Below the pieces are notes generated by a model. The model searched no databases. It worked only from the letters and a program-made list of their open reading frames with translations, and was not told where the DNA came from. The translations under genes were made by a program, and so were the position numbers. This document shows positions 12,201 to 22,369 of a stretch of 64,000 nt of DNA, piece by piece. Within the stretch, counting starts at the first letter, position 1. The number at the start of each line of letters is the position of its first letter. The stretch is from Amoebophrya sp. A120 (taxonomy: Eukaryota > Protista > Dinoflagellata). The stretch is from the NCBI GenBank assembly GCA_905178155.1, contig CAJINV010000004.1:9355360-9419359 (forward strand), read 5' to 3'.

Positions 12201-14104
12201 ACCAACCCTGGAACAAAAGCACGAACGTGTACGGGTCGCTGCACAAGTTTTCCCGGGGGAAAAACAGTCCAAAGACTTTCGCACCGGACTACGTTGTGGC
12301 GAAAGTGGAAAAGAATCTGGAAGAGGAACGGGAGACGGCTATGTTGAGGGAGCAAATGAAGAGCATGATGCTGAAATCTACTTCGGGTAAGGATGATATA
12401 AACGAAGCCGGCTTTCTCGGTAGGGATTCTGCTGCGAAAAGTACAACAGAAGGTGCACTGGGGAGTGTCGGAAATGATGTTCAACATAATGCTGACGGCA
12501 ATGTTGAATTTGAAAAACAGAGGACGGCAAAAGGAACAAAAGGGAACGCAGCCACAACGAAAGCCGTCAACATCAAAGCTCCTTCAAACAAGACTCCGAT
12601 CATATCCCCTTTGAACGACAAAAACTTTACCTTCATCCCGCCGCAACGAACTGAAAAAGACAACCCAGTGCTGGAAAACCCGCCGAGGCTAACGAAACGG
12701 AACGTGAAAACGGGTATTGGCTTCACCGGCGGTATATGGATCGCAAAAATGTCTGGGTCTGGAAGGATGCGAACGCGTGATGCGCATTTCGCAACACGGA
12801 CAGATCTCTCATGCATAGGCAGCAAAAGGTGCCCACTTCCTGTCACCAGAATGGGGGATTTGTCATGCGGATTAAGCAATGCAGAAGCTTCTCGAAATCT
12901 GTGATGCTAGGGCTTCCATGACAGACATTTGGTGTCATGCAAAAACAGCATGACAAAAATCTGCATTCTTCCAGACCCAGACATTTTTACATTTGATACG
13001 GTATCGATATTCACCATTCGCCCGCTTCCAGCAAACGAACCGCGTCACCCCCGGACAAGGAAAAAGTCGTCAGCGCGTCGCCGCCGCACACGTTTTCCGG
13101 GCTTCCGGTGCTGAGGGCAAAGAAGAAAAAGCCGCAGCTGCAGGCACGAAGCAGTATGAAATTTCAGGACTTTGACCACAATTTGCGGAAGCAGGTGAGT
13201 ACCCCTTTGACCGATGAGAAGTTAAGACGGATTGCTGCCTCTTTACCGACGACTCCAATCAACAAACCGAAACTGAAACGCGGCAAGAGCCCTGCTCGCC
13301 CTGTCGCCGTGCAGACCGACTACTCCATGTCGCCGCGGTCCGTGATGATGCGCACGCAGTGGGAGAATTTGGGCGGCATGGACCTGCCCCCGGAGAAAGT
13401 GCTCCCGTTTGATAGAACCGCGTCCATGTTTATCGGCGCAAGGATGATGGAAGCGATGAAACATTACAACGCTGGTGGAGAAGATGGCTCAAGTAGACCG
13501 ACAGAAATCTACACGTCCCAGAGGTTTCTGAAAGGCGCGGCGGGGCCGTCGCCAACGCACATCGCACCGGCGGCCTTCGGGAGGATGAGTCAGAAGCCGC
13601 TGGAGGGGAGGAAGATTATTGAGAGGAGCGAAAATGACGAAGTAGAGAAGGTGCAGGAGTTGGCGAGGATTACGATGCTGGAAAAGGCTCTGCTAGAGAA
13701 GGGGGAGAAGGATAGAGAAGCCGCAAGACTGACCAGCCCATTGTCGTCGGGGCTGCAGCAGCAGCCGACCTCGTTCGCCGACCAAGTCCGCAAGGATAAA
13801 AACGCTGGAGGAGAGCTGCAGGAAAACGAGAAGGCAAAAAAGCCGCCGAAAATCAAGACGGTCTTAGCCCCTTCACATGGCAGAACCTCTGGGGTTAGCG
13901 CGCTGGACGATTTCCTCTCCGACACGAGCGAACGGAGTTTCGGGAAGAAAAGGACCCCCAGGAAGAAACACGTGAAAGCGCCGGCGCACGGCCGGCCGAC
14001 CGGCGTAGACCCCTTTGCGGTATTGGCGGGGGTACCCTCGTCCGGTGGGGGTGGGGAGGGGGAGGCGGCAGAGCATGAGGCCAACCCGTCTCCTGGGCGG
14101 CAAG
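294..14104 (+). CDS. Giant (>3,800 aa in window) charged, low-complexity and coiled-coil protein of unknown function; 5'-partial; may end in exon 15838-16509
   Basis: ORFs 202, 3685, 4581, 6629, 6970, 10348, 11544, 12227 and 13108 join in frame after removing one conventional intron and 9 TIR elements each with one DR copy. Exons ~299-3545, 3732-4520, 4787-6220, 6376-6410, 6696-6837, 6993-9949, 10220-11409, 11595-11639, 11754-11856, 12117-12734, 13004-14104. E/K/Q-rich coiled-coil-like segments; no recognisable domain. Confidence 0.8.
3546..3731 (+). other. Conventional spliceosomal intron (GT-AG; in-frame alternative GC-AG 3541-3711)
   Basis: AG|GTAAG at 3546 and CTACAG| at 3731 join the flanking ORFs in frame. 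AT-rich, with an in-frame stop. Confidence 0.7.
4521..4781. mobile_element. Introner, family A (TCTGGGTCTGGAA TIR), DR GCGAA
   Basis: TATGAACTGCAAATATGTCTGGGTCTGGAA...TTCCAGACCCAGACACTTTTGCACTTGATA; GCGAA at 4516-4520 and 4782-4786. Excision gives ..PVA-K-EVVRL.. Confidence 0.93.
6221..6370. mobile_element. Introner, family B (150 bp), DR AGCAT; opposite orientation to 6838 and 59003
   Basis: TATGAAATGCAAAAGCATCGTACTAGTA...TACGAGTACGATAGTTTTGCACAGGATA. Frame restored (..GAS-I-FYPPR..). Confidence 0.92.
6411..6690. mobile_element. Introner, family C, DR TGAGA
   Basis: TATCCTGAGTAAAAACGTACCCACACCAGAGT...ACTCTGGTGTGGGTACGTTTTTACTCAGGACA, a near-perfect 32-bp TIR. Frame restored (..QHE-K-FVRK..). 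Confidence 0.93.
6838..6987. mobile_element. Introner, family B (150 bp), DR GCGAA
   Basis: TATCCTGTGCAAAAGTATCGTACTCGTA...TACTAGTACGATGCTTTTGCATTGCATA. Frame restored (..SRA-K-TDSQ..). Confidence 0.93.
9950..10214. mobile_element. Introner, family A, DR CGCAC/CGCAT
   Basis: TATCAAATGTAAAAATGTCTGGGTCTGGAAG...CTTCCAGACCCAGACATTTTTGCATTTGATG. Removing 270 nt joins ORF 6970 to ORF 10348. Confidence 0.92.
11410..11589. mobile_element. Introner, family B-like (diverged), degenerate DR ATCAT/TCCAC
   Basis: TATGCATTGCAAAAGTATCGTACTAGT...ACAAGTATGGTATTTTTGCAGTGCATC. Removing the element plus 5 nt gives ..YAYH-PQTKKM.. in frame. Confidence 0.8.
11640..11748. mobile_element. Introner, family D (109 bp), DR GGCAT/CTCAT
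   Basis: TATTCACAGAAAAAAACCCATCCACATCC...GGATGTGGATGAGTTTTTTTCTGTGCATA. The 114-nt removal is frame-neutral. Confidence 0.85.
11857..12111. mobile_element. Introner, family A2, DR ACCGC
   Basis: Family A TIRs; interior nearly the same as 31041 and 49594. Frame restored into ORF 12227. Confidence 0.93.
12735..12998. mobile_element. Introner, family A variant, DR CGGTA
   Basis: TATGGATCGCAAAAATGTCTGGGTCTGGAAG...CTTCCAGACCCAGACATTTTTACATTTGATA. Frame restored into ORF 13108. Confidence 0.92.
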
Positions 14105-14209
14105 GTATACTTGCTTTCTCCTGTAGTGTATTCACAAAAATGCTGTTTCAAAATAAATCTCGTATCAAAATAAATACAGTGATCCAAATTTGTAATAGCT
14201 CTTTTGTGA

Positions 14210-15601
14210 ACCGGACGCGCCCACCGCACTGCCCGCAGTTTTGTTTATGCTCCGCGCTGAACAATCTCGGGGTCCATCACATTAGAGGCCGGGCGGGCCA
14301 TTGTGGCCGCGGCTTGGGCTTGCTCCGTCATGCCTCAACCTGCCTTCAAGGCGGGCCAAGCATGTCGTCTCCACGCCTGGGGCATGCAGTCAGTGGTCGA
14401 CGTACGTTGCTAGTCGCAACTGCGTCGTGGGACGCCGGAACTGCAAGTAGCAGTACGGCGCCCCTGGCGGCCTCGTCCGGTTCCCAAACCGGGCGTGGGA
14501 AAAACGCCAAAGTGGGGGTGCCTTAGTATCCCTGGAGCGGGCGGCCCGTAAACGGGACCCGACCCGGGTAGATCCTCGTGCAGGCCCCGACCTGCCGAGA
14601 AGAATCCCCGGAAGTGCCCGACTGGCACAGGACGTGTGGAAGTCCAACGTAGGCGTCTGACAAACGCCGGCAAAGGCTGACGGGGTCCCCCCTCCCCTCA
14701 CCTGCGCCACTCAGGGTGAGCACAGCTCCCCGAAACCCCATTCCAGTGAGCCCCCACCCGCTCACACCGAGGCGTCTCTCCCTGTTGGAAGGGGAGGGGG
14801 CCTCGCTGTCACTAGAGTCACGCGCTTGGGTTAATCTCAAGATTGCTTCGCGCAACCAGGCGCGTGACTCAAAATTCCACGTGTAAAAGCGCCCCGGGCG
14901 CCGTGCGCCGCACGAAAAAAAGCGGCAAGGTAACGTGGGGCACCTCGCCCCACGGTGTGTGCCGCTCGTAAGAGCGGCTGTGTCTCTCCTCCGCGTAGGA
15001 GAGAAGCGTGGCGCCGACAGGCACCACGCAAGACGCGCGCGCGCACCTCGAGGCCACGATCACGCGTGCGTCTCGAAACGCGCGCGTGCGCCTCGAGGCC
15101 ACGAGGCGCACGAGCACACGCAGTGCGAGGTCACGCGCGCGCGTGCACCTCGAAACCCTGGCCGCGAGGCGGCAGGGGAACGGACTACGAGATGCAGCCG
15201 CACCGTAGTAGCCGCGTGTTCGTTTATGGTTGAAAATCGATCGACAGGACGTTGTGCATCAAGATTCGCTGCCTAAATGTCGGTCGTCGCAAGAAGGCTG
15301 TCGGTCGAGAGGTGACTGAGAATGGACTTTCGTACTTCAGAGACCGTTGCGACACGTACGCGAGCCGTAGAGCCGCAAGGACCTCGACGTCAAAGGATAT
15401 GCGAAAATCGTACAACAGAAGGACGTTCAAAAAATCGTGGGCAGTACAACCCACGCCGATCCCTAGCAGTAAAGTCGTCCAGTAGATACTGATCGATCGT
15501 CGAACGACCATAGACACAAACCGCAGGCAAATAAAATCACATACAGGGCAGGAGCTTAAAGCACATTGCAAACCCACATAGTAGCTAGCACTAGGCACTC
15601 T
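14210..15601. other. GC-rich, structured, repeat-containing block, probably an insertion within a large intron starting at GT 14105; interrupted by the gap
   Basis: Abrupt compositional change; hairpin 14815-14870; imperfect (CG)n-CACCTCGAGGCCACGA repeats ~15030-15160. Confidence 0.45.
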
Positions 15602-15701
15602 NNNNNNNNNNNNNNNNNNNNNNNNNNNNNNNNNNNNNNNNNNNNNNNNNNNNNNNNNNNNNNNNNNNNNNNNNNNNNNNNNNNNNNNNNNNNNNNNNNN
15701 N
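15602..15701. other. Assembly gap (100 N)
   Basis: Run of 100 N. Confidence 1.
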
Positions 15702-15837
15702 CTCGGCGATCCTCCTGCCGCTAAGCTCTTAGTTCCGCCATCGATCAAGGTGGGCGCGAGTAAACCAAAACACTAACACGCTAAACACACAGACATCAAC
15801 GAAACGCAGTCGATCCGTTAGTCGATCCATTTAGCAG

Positions 15838-16509
15838 AAGCTAGATCCTAATGTGTCCAAACCAAAAGTAACAACGTCTGATCTAAAAATGATCTCAGGT
15901 ACCGACCGACCGGGAGACGTGGAGGTTGTTGAAGGGGAAGACGGAACAAGGGAGAGCCGACGAGTACAGGAGAAATTGTCACCGACGGCGGGAGCAGCTG
16001 CTGCCGCAACCTCATCTAGCAGCACCAAAGTCGATTTACTGCACCACAAACCCTCCCTATCCCGCGGTTTGAGCGACGCCGCTTCTTCCTCAAAATTGTC
16101 CGCCCACAGCAAGGACTCAACCGTGCATCACCACTCACGGGGTTCAATCGTGCCGCGCAACCGCCCGGTCGGCACGACGGGGGTGAAACGGGTCGGCACT
16201 CGAGACCTTCACGGTGAGGGGGAGGATGCTCCTGGTACCAGTGAGGAGAGCGTCGAAGAATCCGCGTCGTCAAGTGCCAGAAGCGGGTCCGCGGTGGAAG
16301 TGCAAAACGAAATTTCGTCCTCTTCGAAAGGAAGCAGAAGCGGAAGTGCTGGTAAGACGACCTCGTCCGAAGAAGAAAGTAGGTCCAGGGGTTCGCAAAG
16401 TTTGCAAGACCAACGGGCCAACACGCAGGAGCACTTGGAGCTGCAGGAAGAGCTGCTGGGCCTGTCGACAACACACTCCACGATCCAGCTGCCGCCTGCG
16501 GATTTGTGA
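15838..16509 (+). CDS. Ser-rich coding exon, probably the last exon of the giant gene or of a gene lying partly in the gap
   Basis: Open frame after a TTTAGCAG acceptor, with the same low-complexity style. Its phase does not match the donor at 14105 directly, so linkage is unproven. Confidence 0.5.
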   Translation, partial: KLDPNVSKPKVTTSDLKMISGTDRPGDVEVVEGEDGTRESRRVQEKLSPTAGAAAAATSSSSTKVDLLHHKPSLSRGLSDAASSSKLSAHSKDSTVHHHSRGSIVPRNRPVGTTGVKRVGTRDLHGEGEDAPGTSEESVEESASSSARSGSAVEVQNEISSSSKGSRSGSAGKTTSSEEESRSRGSQSLQDQRANTQEHLELQEELLGLSTTHSTIQLPPADL

Positions 16510-17642
16510 GCGTGAGTGGGGCCGTATAGTCGTGGAAGAACAAGAAGTTGTAGGAGAGATGCAATTCCTAATCGCAAGTGTTTCTGTTTTCCAGGTCATC
16601 AATAGTAAACGAGAACACAACGAGGTTTTAACTCGCTCAAATTTTTTTTGATTTCAATTTGTGAATAGAGAATCGTGGTGGAGTAATTATTTGTTTGCTC
16701 ACTCATACTCAGAGTCAGAACTTTAAGACTAGTCGCAATCTTTTTGACGCTCGTTGTTATCGAGTCCCAGTGGCGCCTTCGTTTATTTGCCGATGTCCAA
16801 GAAGTGTCGAAAATAGCAAGAGCATAAATCGGACACCCATCAAATACAAGATCCGTTATCGCGTTATGCCGATGTGAAAAATTGATGAAGTTGATGAATG
16901 TTTACAGAGAATCAAAATAAATTCCGCTCCCCTTACCTTTGTACAAACGCAACTTGATGATCTTTGAATTAATATCGCCAGCACCTCACCCCCGCCGACC
17001 AGGATCAGGGCACACGTCAGGTTACTTTTGCGCCAATGCTTGCTTGTTATGTATGGTGGAGAAACAGTAGATGGGTTCTATTTAGTGTTGCAATAGGAAA
17101 TTTTATTCAGTCACAACGGTGCTCCTGTTGCCTATGTGCCTACCCGTAGTTGAAGTGACATATCACAGTTTCGTTCTTTCGAATTCCTGATCGTCAAGTC
17201 GTTTTCACTATCGTCTGTCGTGGTCCCGTGTCGTGTCGTTCCGGTGTATATACATACTATTACGCATTTTGTTTTTGTGCCGCAGACTTTCTTCTAGCAG
17301 CTCAGCATGTGATTGCGTCCAGATATGAACACCGTGCTCGTCCTGGTCTTACTCAAATCCAAATCGCTCCGTCCCGCGCATACTCGCTGCCGTATCCGTA
17401 TGGGTCCGTTGCTTTACGACTGTTGATATTGTATTTCTATTTCGATTGAGAAATCCAAATCCCGATTGTATCTTCGCTAATGCCCAGTAAGCACCAGGAC
17501 CAGCAGTTCACATACCGAAGCACGCGGGCCTCCCTAGAGGTAGTTCACGTCTCTCCTCTAAGAAAGTGAAAGCAAGTCCTTCATTCCACTTTTTCAGAGA
17601 AAAAAAACATTCGAAGTAGTGCCCCACTCTTGTATAGGCAAA

Positions 17643-19268
17643 ATGTCGATCTTCCAAAAAACTATGTCCATGTCGATCTTCCACATGCAGCGCTGGTCAC
17701 CACGGGTGGTGTGGGTTTCCTTGCTCCTTCTAGCGTTTGCGGCCATCGTCATCATCACAACCACGCTGCACCATTCGCATGTTTTCCTGGGCTTGCACAA
17801 CTTCGACGTCCCAGTACTGGCGGGCTCGTGGTCTTCATCATCAGAAACAAGCTGGGCGTCATCAAAAACTTCTCAAGGGGTAATACACAAGCACTTTCGC
17901 GGGAACACCAATGACAACTACATTGGGAGGGTGAATAGAAACGTTGATGAACCACGTAAAAACGCCTTAGCAAAAGAACGTAAACGCGACGAGCGGGTGC
18001 CTTCCGCGGTCGTTCGTGGACAACAACCTACAACTCCGAGCAAAGGGCCCCAGATGACCATGCAGCCCCGACCGTGGTCCCCGCTCCCCGCGCTCTGGGA
18101 CACGCAAACCCCGATCGGCCACGACAGGAACGACCGATGCGACTGGAGGCAAATCCGGACCCACCTCCCGGCACCGCACACGAACACGTGGCTCTGTCTC
18201 CGACCGTACAGTGATTTGGTCACCAACGCGGTGCGGCGAAACGGGGAGTGGGGTGATTGTCACCGGTTGCCGCTTTTGCACGACGCGGCGAAAAGGAGTT
18301 TTTTCCCACCCAAGCAAAAACAGTCCTCAGTGGCAGTAAATGGTGCGGCTGTACGGGCACCAGTGCCACCATTGCAAGCGGGTGCAGGAGCTCCAGAACA
18401 GCAGCAGCACCTGCTTCCCTACATGGAGATCGGCGTGAACATCGGTTCGTGCTACGTTCCGATGACCCAGAAGACGGACATCGAATTCGCGCTCGGCTTC
18501 GAACCGTCGCCGAAAAACCTTTTTTACACCAGCAGCTCCCTCGTGCGGGTTTTTCAGGACGCAGACAAGGACAACAAAAGGTTTCAGCTGCAACAGATGA
18601 GCGGCAACTTGAACAAACTACCCCTGGGTAGTAGACAACAGCTGCAACTGAAAACCAACAGCACGACTCTCCGCGAGCGCATTCGCCTCGCGCCGGTCGC
18701 GCTCGGCGAGACGAACACGGACCTCACGCTTTTTTCGGAGCCGGGAAACGCGGGGAATTCGGTGCTCGGGAAGCCGGTGCACGCGAATTTAGTGGAGGGG
18801 AAAGTGCCGGTGGTGCGCCTGGACGATTATTTCCGGGCGGGCGGGGACGTTGCTGCTTTGGTGCCTTCGATTTCTGCGTCGAAAAGTGGTGAGACAAAAG
18901 TTCCACCGGCGTCTTTGCTTCCGCGTCATCAACAGGACCTCCTTGATGTGTACAACGGCAAGAAGAAGTTTGGCGTTTTGAAAATGGACGCGCAGGGGTT
19001 CGAGACCAAGATTTTCCGCGGGGCGAAACACCTGCTAAAAATCCAAGCCTTCAAATTCATCCATTTCGAGCTGGCAACGGAGTGGCTGCGGGGGCAGGGT
19101 ACCTCGGCCGAGGAGTTTTTGAAATTGCTGGAAGATGCCGGGTACCAGATCTGCGGCTACCGAAAAGTGGCAAATTTGGTTGAGCGGCTGCGGGGCAGAA
19201 ACGTTGTTGAAACGCATCTGGCGTACGCCGGGAGGGACGATGCCGGCGGATGCAGAATTGGGGCGTGA
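17643..19268 (+). CDS. FkbM-family SAM-dependent methyltransferase, type II membrane-anchored; intronless
   Basis: N-terminal TM (VVWVSLLLLAFAAIVII). Motifs YMEIGVNIG, FEPSPKN, VALG, VVRLDDY and VLKMDAQGFETKIFRGA are typical of FkbM/Methyltransf_21. Start codon uncertain. Confidence 0.85.
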   Translation: MSIFQKTMSMSIFHMQRWSPRVVWVSLLLLAFAAIVIITTTLHHSHVFLGLHNFDVPVLAGSWSSSSETSWASSKTSQGVIHKHFRGNTNDNYIGRVNRNVDEPRKNALAKERKRDERVPSAVVRGQQPTTPSKGPQMTMQPRPWSPLPALWDTQTPIGHDRNDRCDWRQIRTHLPAPHTNTWLCLRPYSDLVTNAVRRNGEWGDCHRLPLLHDAAKRSFFPPKQKQSSVAVNGAAVRAPVPPLQAGAGAPEQQQHLLPYMEIGVNIGSCYVPMTQKTDIEFALGFEPSPKNLFYTSSSLVRVFQDADKDNKRFQLQQMSGNLNKLPLGSRQQLQLKTNSTTLRERIRLAPVALGETNTDLTLFSEPGNAGNSVLGKPVHANLVEGKVPVVRLDDYFRAGGDVAALVPSISASKSGETKVPPASLLPRHQQDLLDVYNGKKKFGVLKMDAQGFETKIFRGAKHLLKIQAFKFIHFELATEWLRGQGTSAEEFLKLLEDAGYQICGYRKVANLVERLRGRNVVETHLAYAGRDDAGGCRIGA

Positions 19269-20121
19269 GTCACGTTCTTTCTTGTTGAAATCTCATCTTC
19301 TATTGTCTTTTTGAAGAATGAAGATGTAGTCCGTTGCTATTTCTTCGTAGAACTACCATGATTAGTTTCTGTCGTGATAAATATCCATGGTACCATCTTC
19401 ACACTACACAGAAAAGTACTTACATACATTCACGTAAAGGTTTACGTTGCTTTAGGTTTACAATTTCATTTTTCATCATAACATAAGTAAGCTGAGTGGT
19501 TTTTCTTTGCTATAGCAATGTCACACAGGGCTTCACCTCTCCCAGCCAGTCATGCGTGATCGAGGACGAGGACTATAAAGTGGTACTTGAAAACGAAAAT
19601 TACCGCAAAGTTTGTCACTCTTATTTCCTGCCATCTCCTCTGCCAGTAACAGTATCTGCTTACCACAACAGCGGCGTCGAACGCACAAATAGATAAATTT
19701 GAATCGCTGAGGACAAAGTGAAATATCGTTGTTCGCAAGCACTAGCACTACGTGCTTCTCACATGGCCTTTCTTTGGTAACAACAAGCAATAGAGTGACA
19801 TAGACATCATCCGTACCGAGACACAACGACCTGGCTTCCTTCAACAACTTCAATTACCTCAAAAGTAATCGGTTGATGTGTCCTCACTGCAGGTCCTCAT
19901 TCCATAACGGCGCATCGGCGGCCTCGATGATAATTTTTACATATTTATGATCAAAGTTATTTGGTTTTCGATTTCCTAAAACAAAGTTAGGTTTTGACTT
20001 TTGGATTTTCCATTTTCCATTACCACTCGTTTCATCTTCATCACGCTCCATTTTTCCGCAAAAAGCAAATAATGCCGGCTCGTCTTTAAGCAACCCCAGC
20101 GAAGTACATCAAGAGCTCAAC

Positions 20122-22225
20122 ATGAGCCTCGCGGCCGGCGGATCATCCGCATCTTCCACCGCGGTTGCCGCGGTGCCAGCCGCAGCCGGAGGTGCGGCGC
20201 TCTTGTATAACAGCAGCAGCGGCCCAGGAACTACTACATCAAGTTCTTCACCACCATCAAATAGTACATCGCCTGGCACCAGCGGAGGTGGTGGTAGCAG
20301 ACCGTCTTCATCGCCGCCGTCAACATCATCTTCCAGCAGCAATAGCAGCTCTAGCAGTAATACTCTTAAAAGCAACTTCACCGCCACAACGGCCTGGAAC
20401 TTTCTTCCCGGCGCGGCGCACGCCGTCTATGGCGTTCTCAAATGTTACATTCTCAACTGTTACATGATTTGCCATGCAAAATTCGAACCAGAATCGACGC
20501 GATCAAGCTGCTTCGCATGGCAAATTCTCGAAGTGCCAAATAGGCTAAGAATCTGTGCCAAATCTGTCATGCAAAAGGCGCAATCTTTCCCCTTTTAGTT
20601 TTCCCATGCTTGCATCACAAACTCATGTAACAGTTGAGAATGTAACAGTTGAGAACGCCATACCGTCACGTCCATCCTTGTCGGATACCCGTTTGACACG
20701 GTATATGGGAGTGTCAGGATTGAAATCGTCAAAGTTGAGATAGTTTGTGATGCATAAAATGCAGCCCACAAAGTGCCTGTCTTGCAGAATAGGCAAGTGA
20801 GGCAGATTGTAAGCCTGTTGAGGGGTAGAAACTGAACAGCTAAAGTAGCATGACAAAAGGCGTCCTCTTTACCCAAACAGCATGACAAACTGGATTTCGG
20901 TTCTCCCTAAATTTGTGATGCGCCACTTGGAAACTGGGTTACGACTTTCATCCATTTTATGCATTGCAGATTATTTCAACTTTGACGATTTCAATCCTGA
21001 CACACCCATACGGTAAAAACCCGGCTGCAGACCGGGATGTACCACTTGTCGGCTGGCAGCTACAGCCCGGCCAGTTACAGAAGGTATGAAATGCCAGACA
21101 TGCATCACAAATCGGGTTTTCTTCTAGGTGATTCACCATGACAAATTCCAATTCTCAACTTTAGCAGAGTTAGTTGTGTAACTGCAATTTATACCAGCAG
21201 TGCGATGCTTTTCCTTTTTCAATGCATATACCACATCACCTTACAAAACAGTTTCTTCCGTGCCATTGGGCAGAGTTTTCAGCAAGAAGGCCTCTTCTTC
21301 CTCTACCGCGGGTGCGGGGTGCCCATGAGCTCTTTGTTACTGAAACGGCCCTTAGAGTTCTTCGTCTACGAGCGATTGAACGAAACGCAAAACCCCGGGC
21401 ACTACTTCCAAAACGGCGCCTACGCGGCCACCGCGGGGTGCTTGATCGGCTGCCCGTTTAACATTGTGAAGATTCGTGTGCAGAACGCGGCGAAAAAAAC
21501 TGTATTCTTGTCGACGTTTTTCATTTTCCCTTGGCGTAATGGAGGCGAATATGCTATACCACAACTCAATCTCTATTTCGATTGTCTTGTACCAAAAGCG
21601 TCACTTCTGCAAACGCAATGTATACAAATTCCATCTTCAGGTGCGCGACGCCGTCCGTGAAGTGTACCGCGAGGCCCCGTACGGCACCGGCTTCTTCCGC
21701 GGTTTACCGCTCCAGCTTGGCTTCAGCGTTCCATCGGCAAGCATCTACTTGGGTTTGTACGGAAAATTTCGCGAGGCTTTGTTAGTGGAAAACGACGGGC
21801 TGGTTTTGTCGAAGGGGACCGCGGGCGGGATCGCCGGAATAGCGTCCTCCGTGATTATGTGGAGCATACTCATGCCGGTGGACACGCTCAGGACAAAAGT
21901 GCAAGCGGGCGGACTACCGATAGTCGCAGCGGCTGCAAGTAGGGGAACAGCCAGTGGAGGGACCAGTGCTAGTACTGCAAGCAGCGCTGGCTCCGGCTCC
22001 GCAGCGACAACTGCATCAACAGGAGGTGGAGCGACCTCGGCGACCAGGCCTGCAATAGGCATCCTCCAAGCGGCAAAATCCATCTACGAGCAGCGTGGGG
22101 CCCGCGGATTTTGGTCTGGGCTGTTGCCAATGTACTTGCGAGCATTCGCGATTACTGCTCCTGCGATGTTTGCGTATGAGACCGCAAGAGATTGGGTCAA
22201 TACAGCAGGAGGTGGAAGAACATGA
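20122..22225 (+). CDS. Mitochondrial carrier family (SLC25) protein, ~414 aa
   Basis: Exons 20122-20427, 20668-20703, 21016-21083, 21252-21501, 21641-22225. Three carrier signatures (PFDTVKTRLQ, PFNIVKIRVQ, PVDTLRTKVQ), plus EGLFFLYRG, GFFRG and GARGFWSG. Confidence 0.92.
20428..20662. mobile_element. Introner, family E (40-bp TIR), DR CCGTC
   Basis: TATGGCGTTCTCAAATGTTACATTCTCAACTGTTACATGA and its reverse complement (one mismatch). Excision gives GAAHAV-TSILVGYPFDTV. Confidence 0.95.
20704..21010. mobile_element. Introner, family F, DR CGGTA; opposite orientation to 30670 and 33463
   Basis: TATGGGAGTGTCAGGATTGAAATCGTCAAAGTTGA...TCAACTTTGACGATTTCAATCCTGACACACCCATA. Excision rebuilds PFDTV-KTRLQ. 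Confidence 0.95.
21084..21251 (+). other. GT-AG intron (alternative in-frame acceptor at 21197) containing a candidate decayed introner at 21085-21193
   Basis: AG|GTATGAAATGC...AAAACAG|TTTC gives YRS-FFRAIGQSFQQEG. Confidence 0.7.
21502..21640 (+). other. GT-AG intron
   Basis: ACT|GTATTC...CTTCAG|GTG joins NAAKKT to VRDAVREVYRE in frame. Confidence 0.8.
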
Positions 22226-22369
22226 AAGCATTCGATGAGTGGGAGAAGTTGCGCCTATCTTATTTATCTCTATGTCATTGTCATTGAGAATTTCTTTGAA
22301 TACTAAGTGAGCGACATTAAAGATTCGGCATTGCCGTTTGTGTGATTTCTGACGTAACTACGTGGCCAA

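Noticed and set aside
14105-14526. C-terminus of ORF 13108-14526 as real coding sequence
   Set aside because: After CAAG|GTATAC the sequence turns AT-rich, then enters the GC-rich insert; this is probably read-through into an intron.
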